From: Candidatus Micrarchaeia archaeon
GTDB taxonomy: Archaea > Micrarchaeota > Micrarchaeia > Micrarchaeales > CABMGC01
Length of the DNA: 10,826 nt
Assembly (NCBI GenBank): GCA_049966395.1
Contig: JBMFUT010000005.1
Span: 12,212 to 23,037 of the forward strand
Direction of reading: 5' to 3'
Shown here piece by piece: positions 1 through 8,400 of the stretch. Position 1 is the stretch's first letter; each line of letters starts with the position of its first letter. The notes below the pieces were generated by a model that made no database searches, had not been told where the DNA came from, and saw nothing but the letters and a program-made list of their open reading frames with translations. The position numbers and the translations under genes were made by a program.

Positions 1-90
1 TTGGCGTGCATTTAGAACGCCGAATATCAATGCAAATACAAATGTTGCCAAAATGATGCGCAACGCAAATTCAAATTTTTTCCCTGTCAT
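1..90 (-). CDS. 5' end of a secreted or membrane protein, partial (runs off the left edge); not in the ORF track
   Basis: ATG at 90-88 overlaps the TGA (89-87) of the 351-aa gene (ATGA overlap). The frame is open to the edge: MTGKKFEFALRIILATFVFALIFGVLNARQ, a basic N-terminus followed by a hydrophobic stretch, typical of a signal peptide. Confidence 0.8.
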   Translation of the reverse strand, partial: MTGKKFEFALRIILATFVFALIFGVLNARQ

Positions 91-1142
91 ACAATCCTAC
101 TCAGCATTGAGAGAAGGTCTATCTTCTCCCCTATAGCCCTTGAAAAATCAATTATAAAAATATCTGTTATGACGAAATTTATGAAAGGTATGAGGAACAA
201 TCCAAGCCCCACTATTCCTATGTATATCATGAACCATTCAACAGAGGCATAGGCGAGTATGGCAGACACCAAGCCTGCCACCGTTGCAGCGCCAAAGCTA
301 AAGAATGCGGCTATTATTGATATTACTATCGATATTACGTCTGCAATTAGCGTAGGGGCAAATTGGCCGTATGCATAAGTGAGGGCGTTGTCTATGAAGC
401 CGTAGGTTATTGCAACAAGCATTGGATAGACAAATCCCAAGCCTATGGCAAACGCTATTGCGGCTCCGCCGAATGTTCTGGTAACGCCGAACATCCTCGC
501 TATGAGCCCTATTGCCATGAAAACTGAGAAGAAAAGCAGGGAAGTGCTTATTAGCAGAAGCTGCACCTGATTGAGCACTACGCCCATTGCCAGACCGTTG
601 AGTATCGTACCCATCGACTTTGACATCAGCAATGGTATTATTTCCAGAGCTCCAGATATTCCGAAGCCATTCAAACCTGGTATGAAATTTATCGCGAAGT
701 CCACATTTGGCACGAATGCGAATATTATCGCTATTGCAAACATGTAGTTGTTGGCAACGTCTATGGCATCGTTGTTGAATGTGTAGACATCACATAACGC
801 AATTCCATAGAGTGTGCCAGTAGAGCCGCAGTTGCCAGGTATTAAGCCTACGCTGTTGAGTGCCGGCGCTGGGTTAACGTTGCACAATAGCGTGCTGAAT
901 GCACCGAATATCGATATAAGCACGAGCGAGAGCAGTATGGCATAAATCTGGTAGCGCGTCCAGTTCTTTATATCGGTGCGACCCATGAGCGGGCTTAGCA
1001 CATAGATTATGCCAAGTATTCCTATTACTGCGATTGCTACTGCTGAAACTGCAGGAAACCACGCTGTGTATGGCGATGTAAGAAAGCCTTTTACGCTGCT
1101 TACACAGCTGCTCTGCAGAAGAAATATTGTATTTATCATCAT
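87..1142 (-). CDS. CedA/VirB6-like polytopic membrane protein, paralog 5 (351 aa)
   Basis: Long ORF with ATGA overlaps at both ends. It carries the family N-hairpin (LGIIY..IKNWTRYQ), core motif GLIARMFGVTRTFGGAAIAFAIGLGFVYP (423-509) and C-terminal FSRAIG. The CDS is secure; the CedA/VirB6 label is by recalled motif similarity. Confidence 0.65.
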   Translation of the reverse strand: MMINTIFLLQSSCVSSVKGFLTSPYTAWFPAVSAVAIAVIGILGIIYVLSPLMGRTDIKNWTRYQIYAILLSLVLISIFGAFSTLLCNVNPAPALNSVGLIPGNCGSTGTLYGIALCDVYTFNNDAIDVANNYMFAIAIIFAFVPNVDFAINFIPGLNGFGISGALEIIPLLMSKSMGTILNGLAMGVVLNQVQLLLISTSLLFFSVFMAIGLIARMFGVTRTFGGAAIAFAIGLGFVYPMLVAITYGFIDNALTYAYGQFAPTLIADVISIVISIIAAFFSFGAATVAGLVSAILAYASVEWFMIYIGIVGLGLFLIPFINFVITDIFIIDFSRAIGEKIDLLSMLSRIV

Positions 1143-2254
1143 ATCAGCTTTTGGAATATGCTCCCTCCTCTGCCCCTAAACGCTGGAGCGCCGAGAAGCT
1201 GGGCAAATGCCTCCAGCGAATCGTAGGCGATTATGAAAGCTATTGAAATGCCTATGAGTGCAAATGAGTACGACGCTACCATAGCCCCTACAAAGCCACC
1301 TATCATAAGATTGAATATAGAAAATCCGAAGCTTGTAAATAGTGATGCCACCCCGCCAAAGAAAGATATCGCCCCCGTCAGTGCGTTGTTGACGTTTATT
1401 GAAATTAGGGAGAAAGGATACACGAGTGCAGGGAAGATTATGTAGAAAGATATGAACAGGGCGAGAAATGCGCCGCCTGCGGCGCGTGTCCAAGGGAATG
1501 CCCTGAGAATTACGCCTAGGTAGAGAAAGATTGGAAATAGGAAGTATATTATGAAAGTGAGGAATACCATCAGCAACGTGAGCACGTATAGTGTAATGCT
1601 CACAAAGAACAAGCTAGAGAAAACTATTGATATTGGGGTCATGCCATTGAGTGGCATCATCGATATGCCAAAGTTGTTTGGCATGATGTTCAGGGAGAGG
1701 CCTGAAACTGCATTCAAAAGTTCTAGCTGTATAAGGCCCCCGATGGCGTTGCCTAGGAATGTATAGAAATAGCCGGCGAAGTTGTTGCATATTGATGTGT
1801 AGAATTCCAGAGTGCTTGAAGGCATTACTAATGGGGATATTGTTATTGAAGATGTGCTGGCGGTGCTTAATGAAGACATCCCGAAATTCGCAATCTGCAT
1901 TACGAAAACTATGCCATTGAATGCTATGGCAGTACTGCCGATAATAGTGGCTATTATGAGTATGTTGGCAGCCTGCTCTGCTATTTCCCTCTTAACGTAG
2001 TTGGTGATGGAGTCTATCCTCATTGAATAGCCTATCGCATATGCAATCCCCATGACGCTAAGCACAGCCAGTATTATCAGCAGGGCGATGTCAAGCATTC
2101 CAGTGTAAGTAGAGCTGTCAGTAATGTATTGGGCGTTGCCATTGCCCATTTGCGAGGGGATGCTATAAAGATTGGAGCACAACTGCGCCTTGGAAACGTT
2201 TACTAGCAGCACTGCTAAGAAGAATGTGAGGAGTGCAATGCGTTTGTAATCCAT
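1139..2254 (-). CDS. CedA/VirB6-like polytopic membrane protein, paralog 4 (371 aa)
   Basis: Signal peptide ending SKA|Q; N-hairpin MGIAY..ITNYVKRE; core motif GVILRAFPWTRAAGGAFLALFISFYIIFP (1430-1516); C-terminal FAQLLG. The start is preceded by GGTGTAAGG. Confidence 0.65.
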   Translation of the reverse strand: MDYKRIALLTFFLAVLLVNVSKAQLCSNLYSIPSQMGNGNAQYITDSSTYTGMLDIALLIILAVLSVMGIAYAIGYSMRIDSITNYVKREIAEQAANILIIATIIGSTAIAFNGIVFVMQIANFGMSSLSTASTSSITISPLVMPSSTLEFYTSICNNFAGYFYTFLGNAIGGLIQLELLNAVSGLSLNIMPNNFGISMMPLNGMTPISIVFSSLFFVSITLYVLTLLMVFLTFIIYFLFPIFLYLGVILRAFPWTRAAGGAFLALFISFYIIFPALVYPFSLISINVNNALTGAISFFGGVASLFTSFGFSIFNLMIGGFVGAMVASYSFALIGISIAFIIAYDSLEAFAQLLGAPAFRGRGGSIFQKLI

Positions 2255-2256
2255 CC

Positions 2257-3657
2257 TTACACCAGATTTCCTATTCCGAGGAGGTTAGTGTCGCCTCCGA
2301 ACAGTTGTGAGAGTCCTTTTAGCGCAGCCAGAGCTATCAGAATGTTGAGCACAGGTATTATGAAACCTGTAACATCCATCACTCCATAGACGTTTATTAT
2401 GTTTGGAATCATCTTTGTAACTTCTGATGGCGTGCATGCAGTGTTCACCGAAGGTATTGAGCTTACAAATGCAAAGGATAGCACCTGGGCGAATATTTCG
2501 TACAAAGTATAAGGAGTCAAGTAAGGCCATGCAAAACCCACTTCTGCAGAAAGTATGTTTGGCTGCCAGCAGTTATAGTTGTTTGCAACCCAGTCGACTC
2601 TTGGGAATACGTAGAAATTCAGCGTATTGGAGCCGTATACTATCTTCTGGCCGCTGAATGTAGTTTCATTTATAACAAGCACCGGAAGGTTGCTAGCTCC
2701 TATAGGTGAGGAAGCTGCAGCACCGCCGCTGAGCGCGGCATATTCTATCAGATATATTAGAGGGAATACGCCAAACGCAATTATTGCTATTGCCATGAGC
2801 AGGCCCCCGACTTTCCTCGTTAGGAACGTCGATCTTAGTATTATGCCAGCCGCAAGCAAGTAAGGCCACGCGTAAAGTATCATTATTATCATTACCAGCT
2901 GCAGGACAAAAGACTCGAAGGTTATGTATGCGACAGATTCCAAAGGCTTGGTGACCTGCTTTATCATGTCGTACCCAGCAAGGGGAACATATGATATTTT
3001 TACATCGAAAGGCACAGGAACCCAAGGCAGGGTGCAAGCTGCAAGGTCTCCAGCAGGAAGACATATGGTGAAATATGGCGAGAATCTCGAAAGGAATCCA
3101 AGGTAGTTTTCTACTACATATAGGGAATTCAGGTTTTCCAGCGCTTGCGTTGTAAGGTTGGCAGTTATAACGTAGCTTGCGGCAAGCGGATAGTCTAACT
3201 CCACAGTGTTGCTCGGATTCTGCTGGGCGTTCTCTATAAAGCTGCATATTGCATCTGTCGGGGATTGTAATGAGTTTGCGAGATTTAGCGGTGATTTTGA
3301 AAGGTAGTTCTGGCATATGCCTGAAGGTATCGAAGGCGAGAATGCTGATGTTGAAACCGCGCTAGAAGATATGATGTAGAATATTCCTAGCAGCAATACT
3401 ACTATTATCCCAGTCCCTACCGCCTGGCCAAATTCGGTAATTGCGTTAGACTTGACCCCAGGATTGTTTACTATGACCCCTGCAAGATAGTAAATTCCGG
3501 CTATCACCATGCCTAATGTTATCGCAATGAAGATTGTAGATATCCAGTTTGTAAAAACGGAATAGTGGGTTATGAAGCTCGACTGCGCGCTTGCCATAGG
3601 AACGGCTGCAATTGCAAGCGCGAAAAGCGCTATAATTATATGCTTTGAATCTGCCAT
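2257..3657 (-). CDS. CedA/VirB6-like polytopic membrane protein, paralog 3 (466 aa, largest extramembrane loops)
   Basis: Signal peptide ending ASA|Q; N-hairpin AGIYY..VKSNAITE; core motif GIILRSTFLTRKVGGLLMAIAIIAFGVFP (2761-2847); C-terminal LSQLFGG; six Cys that fall into three local pairs. Confidence 0.65.
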   Translation of the reverse strand: MADSKHIIIALFALAIAAVPMASAQSSFITHYSVFTNWISTIFIAITLGMVIAGIYYLAGVIVNNPGVKSNAITEFGQAVGTGIIVVLLLGIFYIISSSAVSTSAFSPSIPSGICQNYLSKSPLNLANSLQSPTDAICSFIENAQQNPSNTVELDYPLAASYVITANLTTQALENLNSLYVVENYLGFLSRFSPYFTICLPAGDLAACTLPWVPVPFDVKISYVPLAGYDMIKQVTKPLESVAYITFESFVLQLVMIIMILYAWPYLLAAGIILRSTFLTRKVGGLLMAIAIIAFGVFPLIYLIEYAALSGGAAASSPIGASNLPVLVINETTFSGQKIVYGSNTLNFYVFPRVDWVANNYNCWQPNILSAEVGFAWPYLTPYTLYEIFAQVLSFAFVSSIPSVNTACTPSEVTKMIPNIINVYGVMDVTGFIIPVLNILIALAALKGLSQLFGGDTNLLGIGNLV

Positions 3658-3660
3658 GCG

Positions 3661-4860
3661 CTAACCCCAGAATGAACCTCCAGCGACGAAATTCATGCCC
3701 GAATTTAAGGCCTTGGCGAGACCTATCGAAAACGCCACCGTTATTGCAACTGCTATCGCCACCAGGAATATGCCTTCAAACATATATTCGCCGACTTGGC
3801 TTGCAATTGTAACCATAGCGCCTGGGGCGTTGAAAGGATTTATGTACTCAGAAAATGCGGAGGAGAAAAACGAAACTGGCAATGTAAAATCTAGGGGACC
3901 TGCGTCTATGTTTGTAGATCGTGATGTGAATATAGAGCTAAGCGGCAGTTTTGCTATGTTGTATGATATGTATTGAGAATATGGGTTGCAAGGGCTTACG
4001 CCGAATGTGCAGAATGTCCACCCCATTGCGTAAGAGTTGAACATTAGCATTATTGGGAATACGAAATAGAAGCCTACCGAAAGGGCGAGGAAAGAATTTG
4101 CGGCCTCCCTGAGCTTTGGACCGGCAAAAGAGAGAGACCTCATTATTAGGGCGACAGGAAGCACGACAGTAAGGGCTATCGCAGATATGAATGGCAGCAT
4201 TAGATATATGAAGAAAAGCAACCCGAAGGTTACCACTACAAGCGCTGAAAGCACATCGGTAAGCATGAGTGAGTAGCTATCGTATATTGATCCGAGATCA
4301 GGGCTCGGCCCCAGGCTTACTTCGATATTTTCCGATTCGAATATCGGGGTAAATATTCCATCTGCCGCATTAGGGTCGCCAACGACAGGATAGGGCAAAA
4401 TCGAGCCTACTAAGCCGAGCGTGTGTATTACCTCAGCGGCGATGAAAAATCCTATGGCGGCGGAGTAGATGTTGGTCATTAAGCCAACGCCCTTGTTGAA
4501 AAGCAAATTCCCTACGTAAAACTGGTCGTACTGGAATATCTGGCCATTGTACGTCTGCCCGAATTCTGAGGTTGATATCGGCCCCGCTATAGATTGGCTC
4601 AGGCTGCAAGAGAGCTGGGCAGAGCCGACAAGTATCACTATTATGAACGTGCTTATCATGCCCTGGAAGAATTCGAACCTTACAACGCCCCTTGCCTTCT
4701 CCCTTGTCCTTGTAGGGAAGAGGTTGCTTAAGGCGTAGAAGAATGCCGCTATTGACAGGCTGGCTATTATGACAATTATATTTATGTTTATCCAGTTGTT
4801 CTGGTTTATGCCACCATACGTGCATCCAGGCAAAGTTTGCATCAGCAGCGTCTCAAGCAT
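3661..4860 (-). CDS. CedA/VirB6-like polytopic membrane protein, paralog 2 (399 aa, most divergent)
   Basis: N-hairpin AAFFYALSNLFPTRTREKARGVVRFE; core motif ALIMRSLSFAGPKLREAANSFLALSVGFYFVFP (4054-4152); C-terminal LAKALNSG. The gap to the upstream stop is 8 nt and the junction reads AGGCGA. Confidence 0.6.
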   Translation of the reverse strand: MLETLLMQTLPGCTYGGINQNNWININIIVIIASLSIAAFFYALSNLFPTRTREKARGVVRFEFFQGMISTFIIVILVGSAQLSCSLSQSIAGPISTSEFGQTYNGQIFQYDQFYVGNLLFNKGVGLMTNIYSAAIGFFIAAEVIHTLGLVGSILPYPVVGDPNAADGIFTPIFESENIEVSLGPSPDLGSIYDSYSLMLTDVLSALVVVTFGLLFFIYLMLPFISAIALTVVLPVALIMRSLSFAGPKLREAANSFLALSVGFYFVFPIMLMFNSYAMGWTFCTFGVSPCNPYSQYISYNIAKLPLSSIFTSRSTNIDAGPLDFTLPVSFFSSAFSEYINPFNAPGAMVTIASQVGEYMFEGIFLVAIAVAITVAFSIGLAKALNSGMNFVAGGSFWG

Positions 4861-4868
4861 TTTTTCGC

Positions 4869-6149
4869 CTATATGAGTTTCATCCTACCGCCAAGCTGCA
4901 ATCTTATTGTCCCGCCGAGCATCTTGGCAATTGCATCGGTGGCGGGGTACACTATCATAAGATCAAGCACAAAAAGAATGATTTGAGAAAGTGAAAACAG
5001 AAGGTAGTAGTTTATGCCGTTCATCACACCATACAAATTGTCGTAAAAAAAGCTGCTCAAACCGTCAGATACGCCGGCAATTCCTGCCGCAACTCCACTA
5101 AACCAACTTGAAACGGTGTTGACAATCCCGACTAAGAGTTGTTCGAGGAGGTTAGACCCTGAATAGCTAAGGGATGTCTGAGAGTAGACAGGCAGGCTGC
5201 TCAGGAGCATTGACGAAATAGGATAGTTGAAAAATAGCAGCACCGAAGGATATAATATGCCTACTCCTATCCCTATTGCGATAAGCGTCCCCCCTATGCC
5301 CCTCAAGAAAGGAAGGGCGCGCAAGATAAGACCTATTGGAATTAGCACTACCAGCACCACTTCTATCAAATATGGAAGCATGTATATCTGTGCGTAGATT
5401 ATGAGCGTAGCTGGCGCCGCGATGAACTCCATGGCGTCGTTGAGTGCAGATTCATATTGCACAGATAGCACTGTTGAATCAAGCATTGGATTTGTGTAAG
5501 GTACTGCAATAAAGCCGAACTGCAGCGTGACCACCGGCGTTGGAGGTATCAATGGCACGGGTATGTACAAGCCTACCTTTGTGGTCCTCAGGGCGCCAAG
5601 GCCAGCAGCAAGCCCTGTCAGGTAGTCGTTTCCTTCTTCTATGTTGCAAACCACTTGGCCGCAAAGATAGTTGTTCATCACTCCGTTTACCAGGGTGCCT
5701 ACGTTGTTGTAATATGCACCGGATGAGGTGGACTGACCTGATTGCAGGCCATAAAGCGCCACCATTACGCCGCTTATTAGAGTCATAATTGCGAATATCC
5801 CTGCAATAAGCATTGTTGTTTTTCCTATCTCCCAGTATTCGCTCCTGAGCCATCCCTGCACTCCTATAGACGGGATCAATTTGCTTATGAAGTATCCTAT
5901 GGCAACCACAAGAAATGATATTGTCAATGCGAGTAGAGAAAGGGATATGGCTGCTGTAGTTATGTTGAAGCTCACGTTGCCCTGGTAAGACGTGCATTGA
6001 GAAGGCACAGTTATTCCAGGGAGTTGAGAGCAACTAGACACAAGAGAAACAGAACCTGAACTTCCCGAACCTGCATAATTAATTTTAGTGCCGAAGGCAA
6101 GCAAAAGCAGCACTACAAGCATCGCAAGCCCTAGTTTGGCACCGGTCAT
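4869..6149 (-). CDS. CedA/VirB6-like polytopic membrane protein, paralog 1 (426 aa)
   Basis: Signal peptide followed by a Gly/Ser linker; N-hairpin VAIGYFISKLIPSIGVQGWLRSE; core motif GLILRALPFLRGIGGTLIAIGIGVGILYP (5247-5333); C-terminal IAKMLGG. This is the closest of the five to crenarchaeal CedA as I recall it. Confidence 0.68.
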   Translation of the reverse strand: MTGAKLGLAMLVVLLLLAFGTKINYAGSGSSGSVSLVSSCSQLPGITVPSQCTSYQGNVSFNITTAAISLSLLALTISFLVVAIGYFISKLIPSIGVQGWLRSEYWEIGKTTMLIAGIFAIMTLISGVMVALYGLQSGQSTSSGAYYNNVGTLVNGVMNNYLCGQVVCNIEEGNDYLTGLAAGLGALRTTKVGLYIPVPLIPPTPVVTLQFGFIAVPYTNPMLDSTVLSVQYESALNDAMEFIAAPATLIIYAQIYMLPYLIEVVLVVLIPIGLILRALPFLRGIGGTLIAIGIGVGILYPSVLLFFNYPISSMLLSSLPVYSQTSLSYSGSNLLEQLLVGIVNTVSSWFSGVAAGIAGVSDGLSSFFYDNLYGVMNGINYYLLFSLSQIILFVLDLMIVYPATDAIAKMLGGTIRLQLGGRMKLI

Positions 6150-6167
6150 TTAACCTAGCATATTTAT

Positions 6168-6182
6168 TATATAAACTATAAA
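6168..6182 (-). promoter_or_regulatory. Putative archaeal TATA promoter for the five-paralog array
   Basis: The minus strand reads TTTATAG-TTTATATA in the 50-nt gap. TTTATATA (6175-6168) lies 19-26 nt upstream of the ATG at 6149, consistent with a leaderless or short-leader transcript. Confidence 0.55.
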
Positions 6183-6199
6183 TGCCTTGCTATGTTGCG

Positions 6200-6931
6200 T
6201 CAGTGTGACAGCAAAGGGAATTTTCTCATGTATGCTTCAGCTTGGAATATGACGAAATAAGGAAGCACTACGATTGAATTTATAACAAGCATTAGATACT
6301 CTGAAGCCAAGGTGCCTGTGATGTGCACAAGAAGGTAGTCTAATATGGAAACCACCATGACTGCGAGCAGAAGCCATATGACAAAATACTGCGGCGCACG
6401 CGCCATCAGGCGCATGTTGTCCTTGAAAGCCCTGCCTATGCGCTTGTCTTCTACTACTATCGCGCTTGGCACGTAGAATATGAATATGAATCCGAAAAAT
6501 CCGACAATAGAAGTAATGGCGGCCTCCGCGCCAGCATAGTAGCCTATGAAGTTTGCTATAATCAGTGCAAGTGCGTAAACTAATAGCACTACGAAAACCT
6601 TGCTTATGTAGCGTTCTATGCCCTTGAGCACCGATGAAGGAGTCTTCTTGTAGGTCTTCTTCGCCTTTACTATTAGGCTTATGGCGACAAAAGCGAAGCT
6701 TATGAAAAGCAGCGAAACGAAAAGAGATATTACTATCACTGCCAAAGAGACGGCGCTCATGTTCATTGATATGCTCGCACTCCTCAGGAATATTGCGCCC
6801 GCGCTCAGGTAAGTCGGCAGAGGCGCGAACATAGGTATGAGGAAAGCTATTGCGAATGGTATTGAGAACAGAAGCACGAAACGTATGTTCTCAGCATAAG
6901 TCGAAAAAGACTCGCTGACTATGTTTGCCAT
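6200..6931 (-). CDS. Conserved-type polytopic membrane protein (about 5-6 TM; YciC/UPF0259 or GPDPase-membrane-domain-like architecture), function unknown
   Basis: 243-aa ORF with alternating TM segments and basic loops. The segment YVPSAIVVEDKRIGRAFKDNMRLM resembles the P-x-IVVE..+...A...S..L pattern of that group. Confidence 0.55.
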   Translation of the reverse strand: MANIVSESFSTYAENIRFVLLFSIPFAIAFLIPMFAPLPTYLSAGAIFLRSASISMNMSAVSLAVIVISLFVSLLFISFAFVAISLIVKAKKTYKKTPSSVLKGIERYISKVFVVLLVYALALIIANFIGYYAGAEAAITSIVGFFGFIFIFYVPSAIVVEDKRIGRAFKDNMRLMARAPQYFVIWLLLAVMVVSILDYLLVHITGTLASEYLMLVINSIVVLPYFVIFQAEAYMRKFPLLSH

Positions 6932-6954
6932 CTTTATCAGAAATATATCTAATG

Positions 6955-6967
6955 AAACAAATAAAAA
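6955..6967 (-). terminator. Oligo-T tract (archaeal terminator-like; may double as a TATA element)
   Basis: TTTTTATTTGTTT immediately follows the TAA of the 474-aa gene. Confidence 0.4.
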
Positions 6968-8392
6968 TTAGCATGATTTGCGCGGCTCCATTACAATCCA
7001 TCCGTATTTTGAATAGCTTTGCTCATAATGCGCGATAGTTGCATTTATGATTCTAGGATATGCCAAAAACCTGTCATAGCCTTCCGGAAAAACTATCGCT
7101 CCGAAGCTGCAGTTGTCCACGCTGCTGACTATTCTAGAATCGTTCCACATTCCATGAGCCTGAAGCACCCAGAAAACGCTGGGTTCGAAGAGTATTGGCT
7201 TACCTGCAGCCACATAAACCTCAGGATCCTCTGCGAGGATAGGTCCGCTCACGTTCCTTAGCATGAAGCCTATTTTGTCCGCTGATGGCACAGTGCCGTT
7301 GTATATATAAAGCGTTTTGTAGTATGCTGAATTGAAAGCAAGCAGAAGCAGGAACATTGCCACTGTGTAAGACATTGCCACCCTTGGGTTAAGCATTTGG
7401 GTGCCTTTTGCCTTGCTATGTGATATTTCACTTGCGCCGAGTGCGGCGGCAATGCCTAAGAACGCAAGAAAAGGAGTAAAATAGACTATTGTAGCGCCGT
7501 ATTTGGCGCTGCTCAATGTTGAAATGCCAGTAACCACAAGCAGCACGCTTATCAAAGAGTTCCTCTTTTTGAAAAGGAAAAACCACCCTAGTGCAAGAAG
7601 AGCGAAAGCGGCTGAATACGTTGATTTTATGAAATCGAAAAGGTTCAGCAGGAAAATTTTAAAAAGGGCAGGGGTGATAAGTGGCAGCTCAATCACTTCC
7701 AAGATGAAGCGCCCCCCTGTCAGAGCGTTTATTGAAAATACAGCGACTGCAGAAGAAACCAAAAAAATGGCCGAAAAGCCGAGCGCAAGTTTGAAGCGGC
7801 GCTCAATAAGCAAATATATGAGCAATGCGGCGAATATCACAATGGCGCTCTGCCTGAACATGAAGGCGATGAAAAGGGAGACAGCTGCGTATGCTACCTT
7901 TTTGCCTCCAGGCTTGATCATGAGGTATACTGCAAGTAGATCGAAAGCAAGCTCTAAAAAAATTGGACTGAAAGAGGTTCCGTATTGCAGCAAGAGCGTT
8001 GAAGACAAGAAGAATGCCGTTGCAAGCGCCGCATACTTCTTGCTAGACAAATTGTTAGTTATGGCAAATATTAGAACAGAAACAGCTGCTACTGCGAAAA
8101 TATCCAAAATTTTCATATAGAAGTAAGGATTTGTCGAGACGAACTGCGGCGCAAGCATAGCAAAAGCCCTGACAAGAAGATATGAAAGAGGAGTGTAGTA
8201 AGTAAGTATGTAAGGATATGTGCTGATGCTTTTGTAAAGGATCCCAGATGTAGCTAGTATCAAAGGGTCGCTGTAATTCAATCCGTAATTCCAAAATATG
8301 GATCTGAATAGCAGCAGCAAGTTGAAAAATGACTGCGCTATTAGAATTACGGTTATTGAGCTAATTGCCATGCTTGTTTTGCCCTTCAACAA
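6968..8392 (-). CDS. GT-C fold membrane glycosyltransferase (ArnT/PMT-like, GT83/GT39-type); start probably TTG at 8389
   Basis: About 11-13 TM segments. The first external loop has YSDP...YYTPLSY (YPPL-like). It also has FRQS and SAKYGATIVYFTPF motifs and a C-terminal soluble domain with 5 N-x-S/T sequons. RBS AGGTGA is at 8399-8394. Confidence 0.7.
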   Translation of the reverse strand: MLKGKTSMAISSITVILIAQSFFNLLLLFRSIFWNYGLNYSDPLILATSGILYKSISTYPYILTYYTPLSYLLVRAFAMLAPQFVSTNPYFYMKILDIFAVAAVSVLIFAITNNLSSKKYAALATAFFLSSTLLLQYGTSFSPIFLELAFDLLAVYLMIKPGGKKVAYAAVSLFIAFMFRQSAIVIFAALLIYLLIERRFKLALGFSAIFLVSSAVAVFSINALTGGRFILEVIELPLITPALFKIFLLNLFDFIKSTYSAAFALLALGWFFLFKKRNSLISVLLVVTGISTLSSAKYGATIVYFTPFLAFLGIAAALGASEISHSKAKGTQMLNPRVAMSYTVAMFLLLLAFNSAYYKTLYIYNGTVPSADKIGFMLRNVSGPILAEDPEVYVAAGKPILFEPSVFWVLQAHGMWNDSRIVSSVDNCSFGAIVFPEGYDRFLAYPRIINATIAHYEQSYSKYGWIVMEPRKSC

Positions 8393-8393
8393 A

Positions 8394-8399
8394 TCACCT
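8394..8399 (-). promoter_or_regulatory. Shine-Dalgarno AGGTGA
   Basis: Archaeal-type SD directly after the TAG of the 627-aa gene. It lies 4 nt before TTG 8389 but only 1 nt before TTG 8392, which favours 8389 as the start. Confidence 0.65.
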
Positions 8400-8400
8400 A

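Noticed and set aside
2274..2301. Imperfect inverted repeat GGAGG...CCTCC near the end of the 466-aa gene
   Set aside because: It is only about 5-7 bp, lies inside coding sequence and is explained by Gly-Gly and Leu-Leu codons.
2693..3316. 207-aa same-strand alternative-frame ORF (likewise 5479-6033, 4433-4825, 1176-1493 and the other short track ORFs)
   Set aside because: They are nested in well-supported genes and have the off-frame composition rich in Arg, His and Cys.
87..6149. ABC-2 permease cluster or integrated conjugative element
   Set aside because: No ABC ATPase, relaxase, integrase or att-like repeat is in the window. The shared motifs and pilin-like N-hairpin fit CedA/VirB6 better, though flanking sequence is needed to exclude a mobile element.
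7503..8120. 205-aa plus-strand ORF
   Set aside because: It lies entirely antisense to the 474-aa glycosyltransferase. Its Lys/Ala/Ser-rich composition is the expected mirror of hydrophobic codons.
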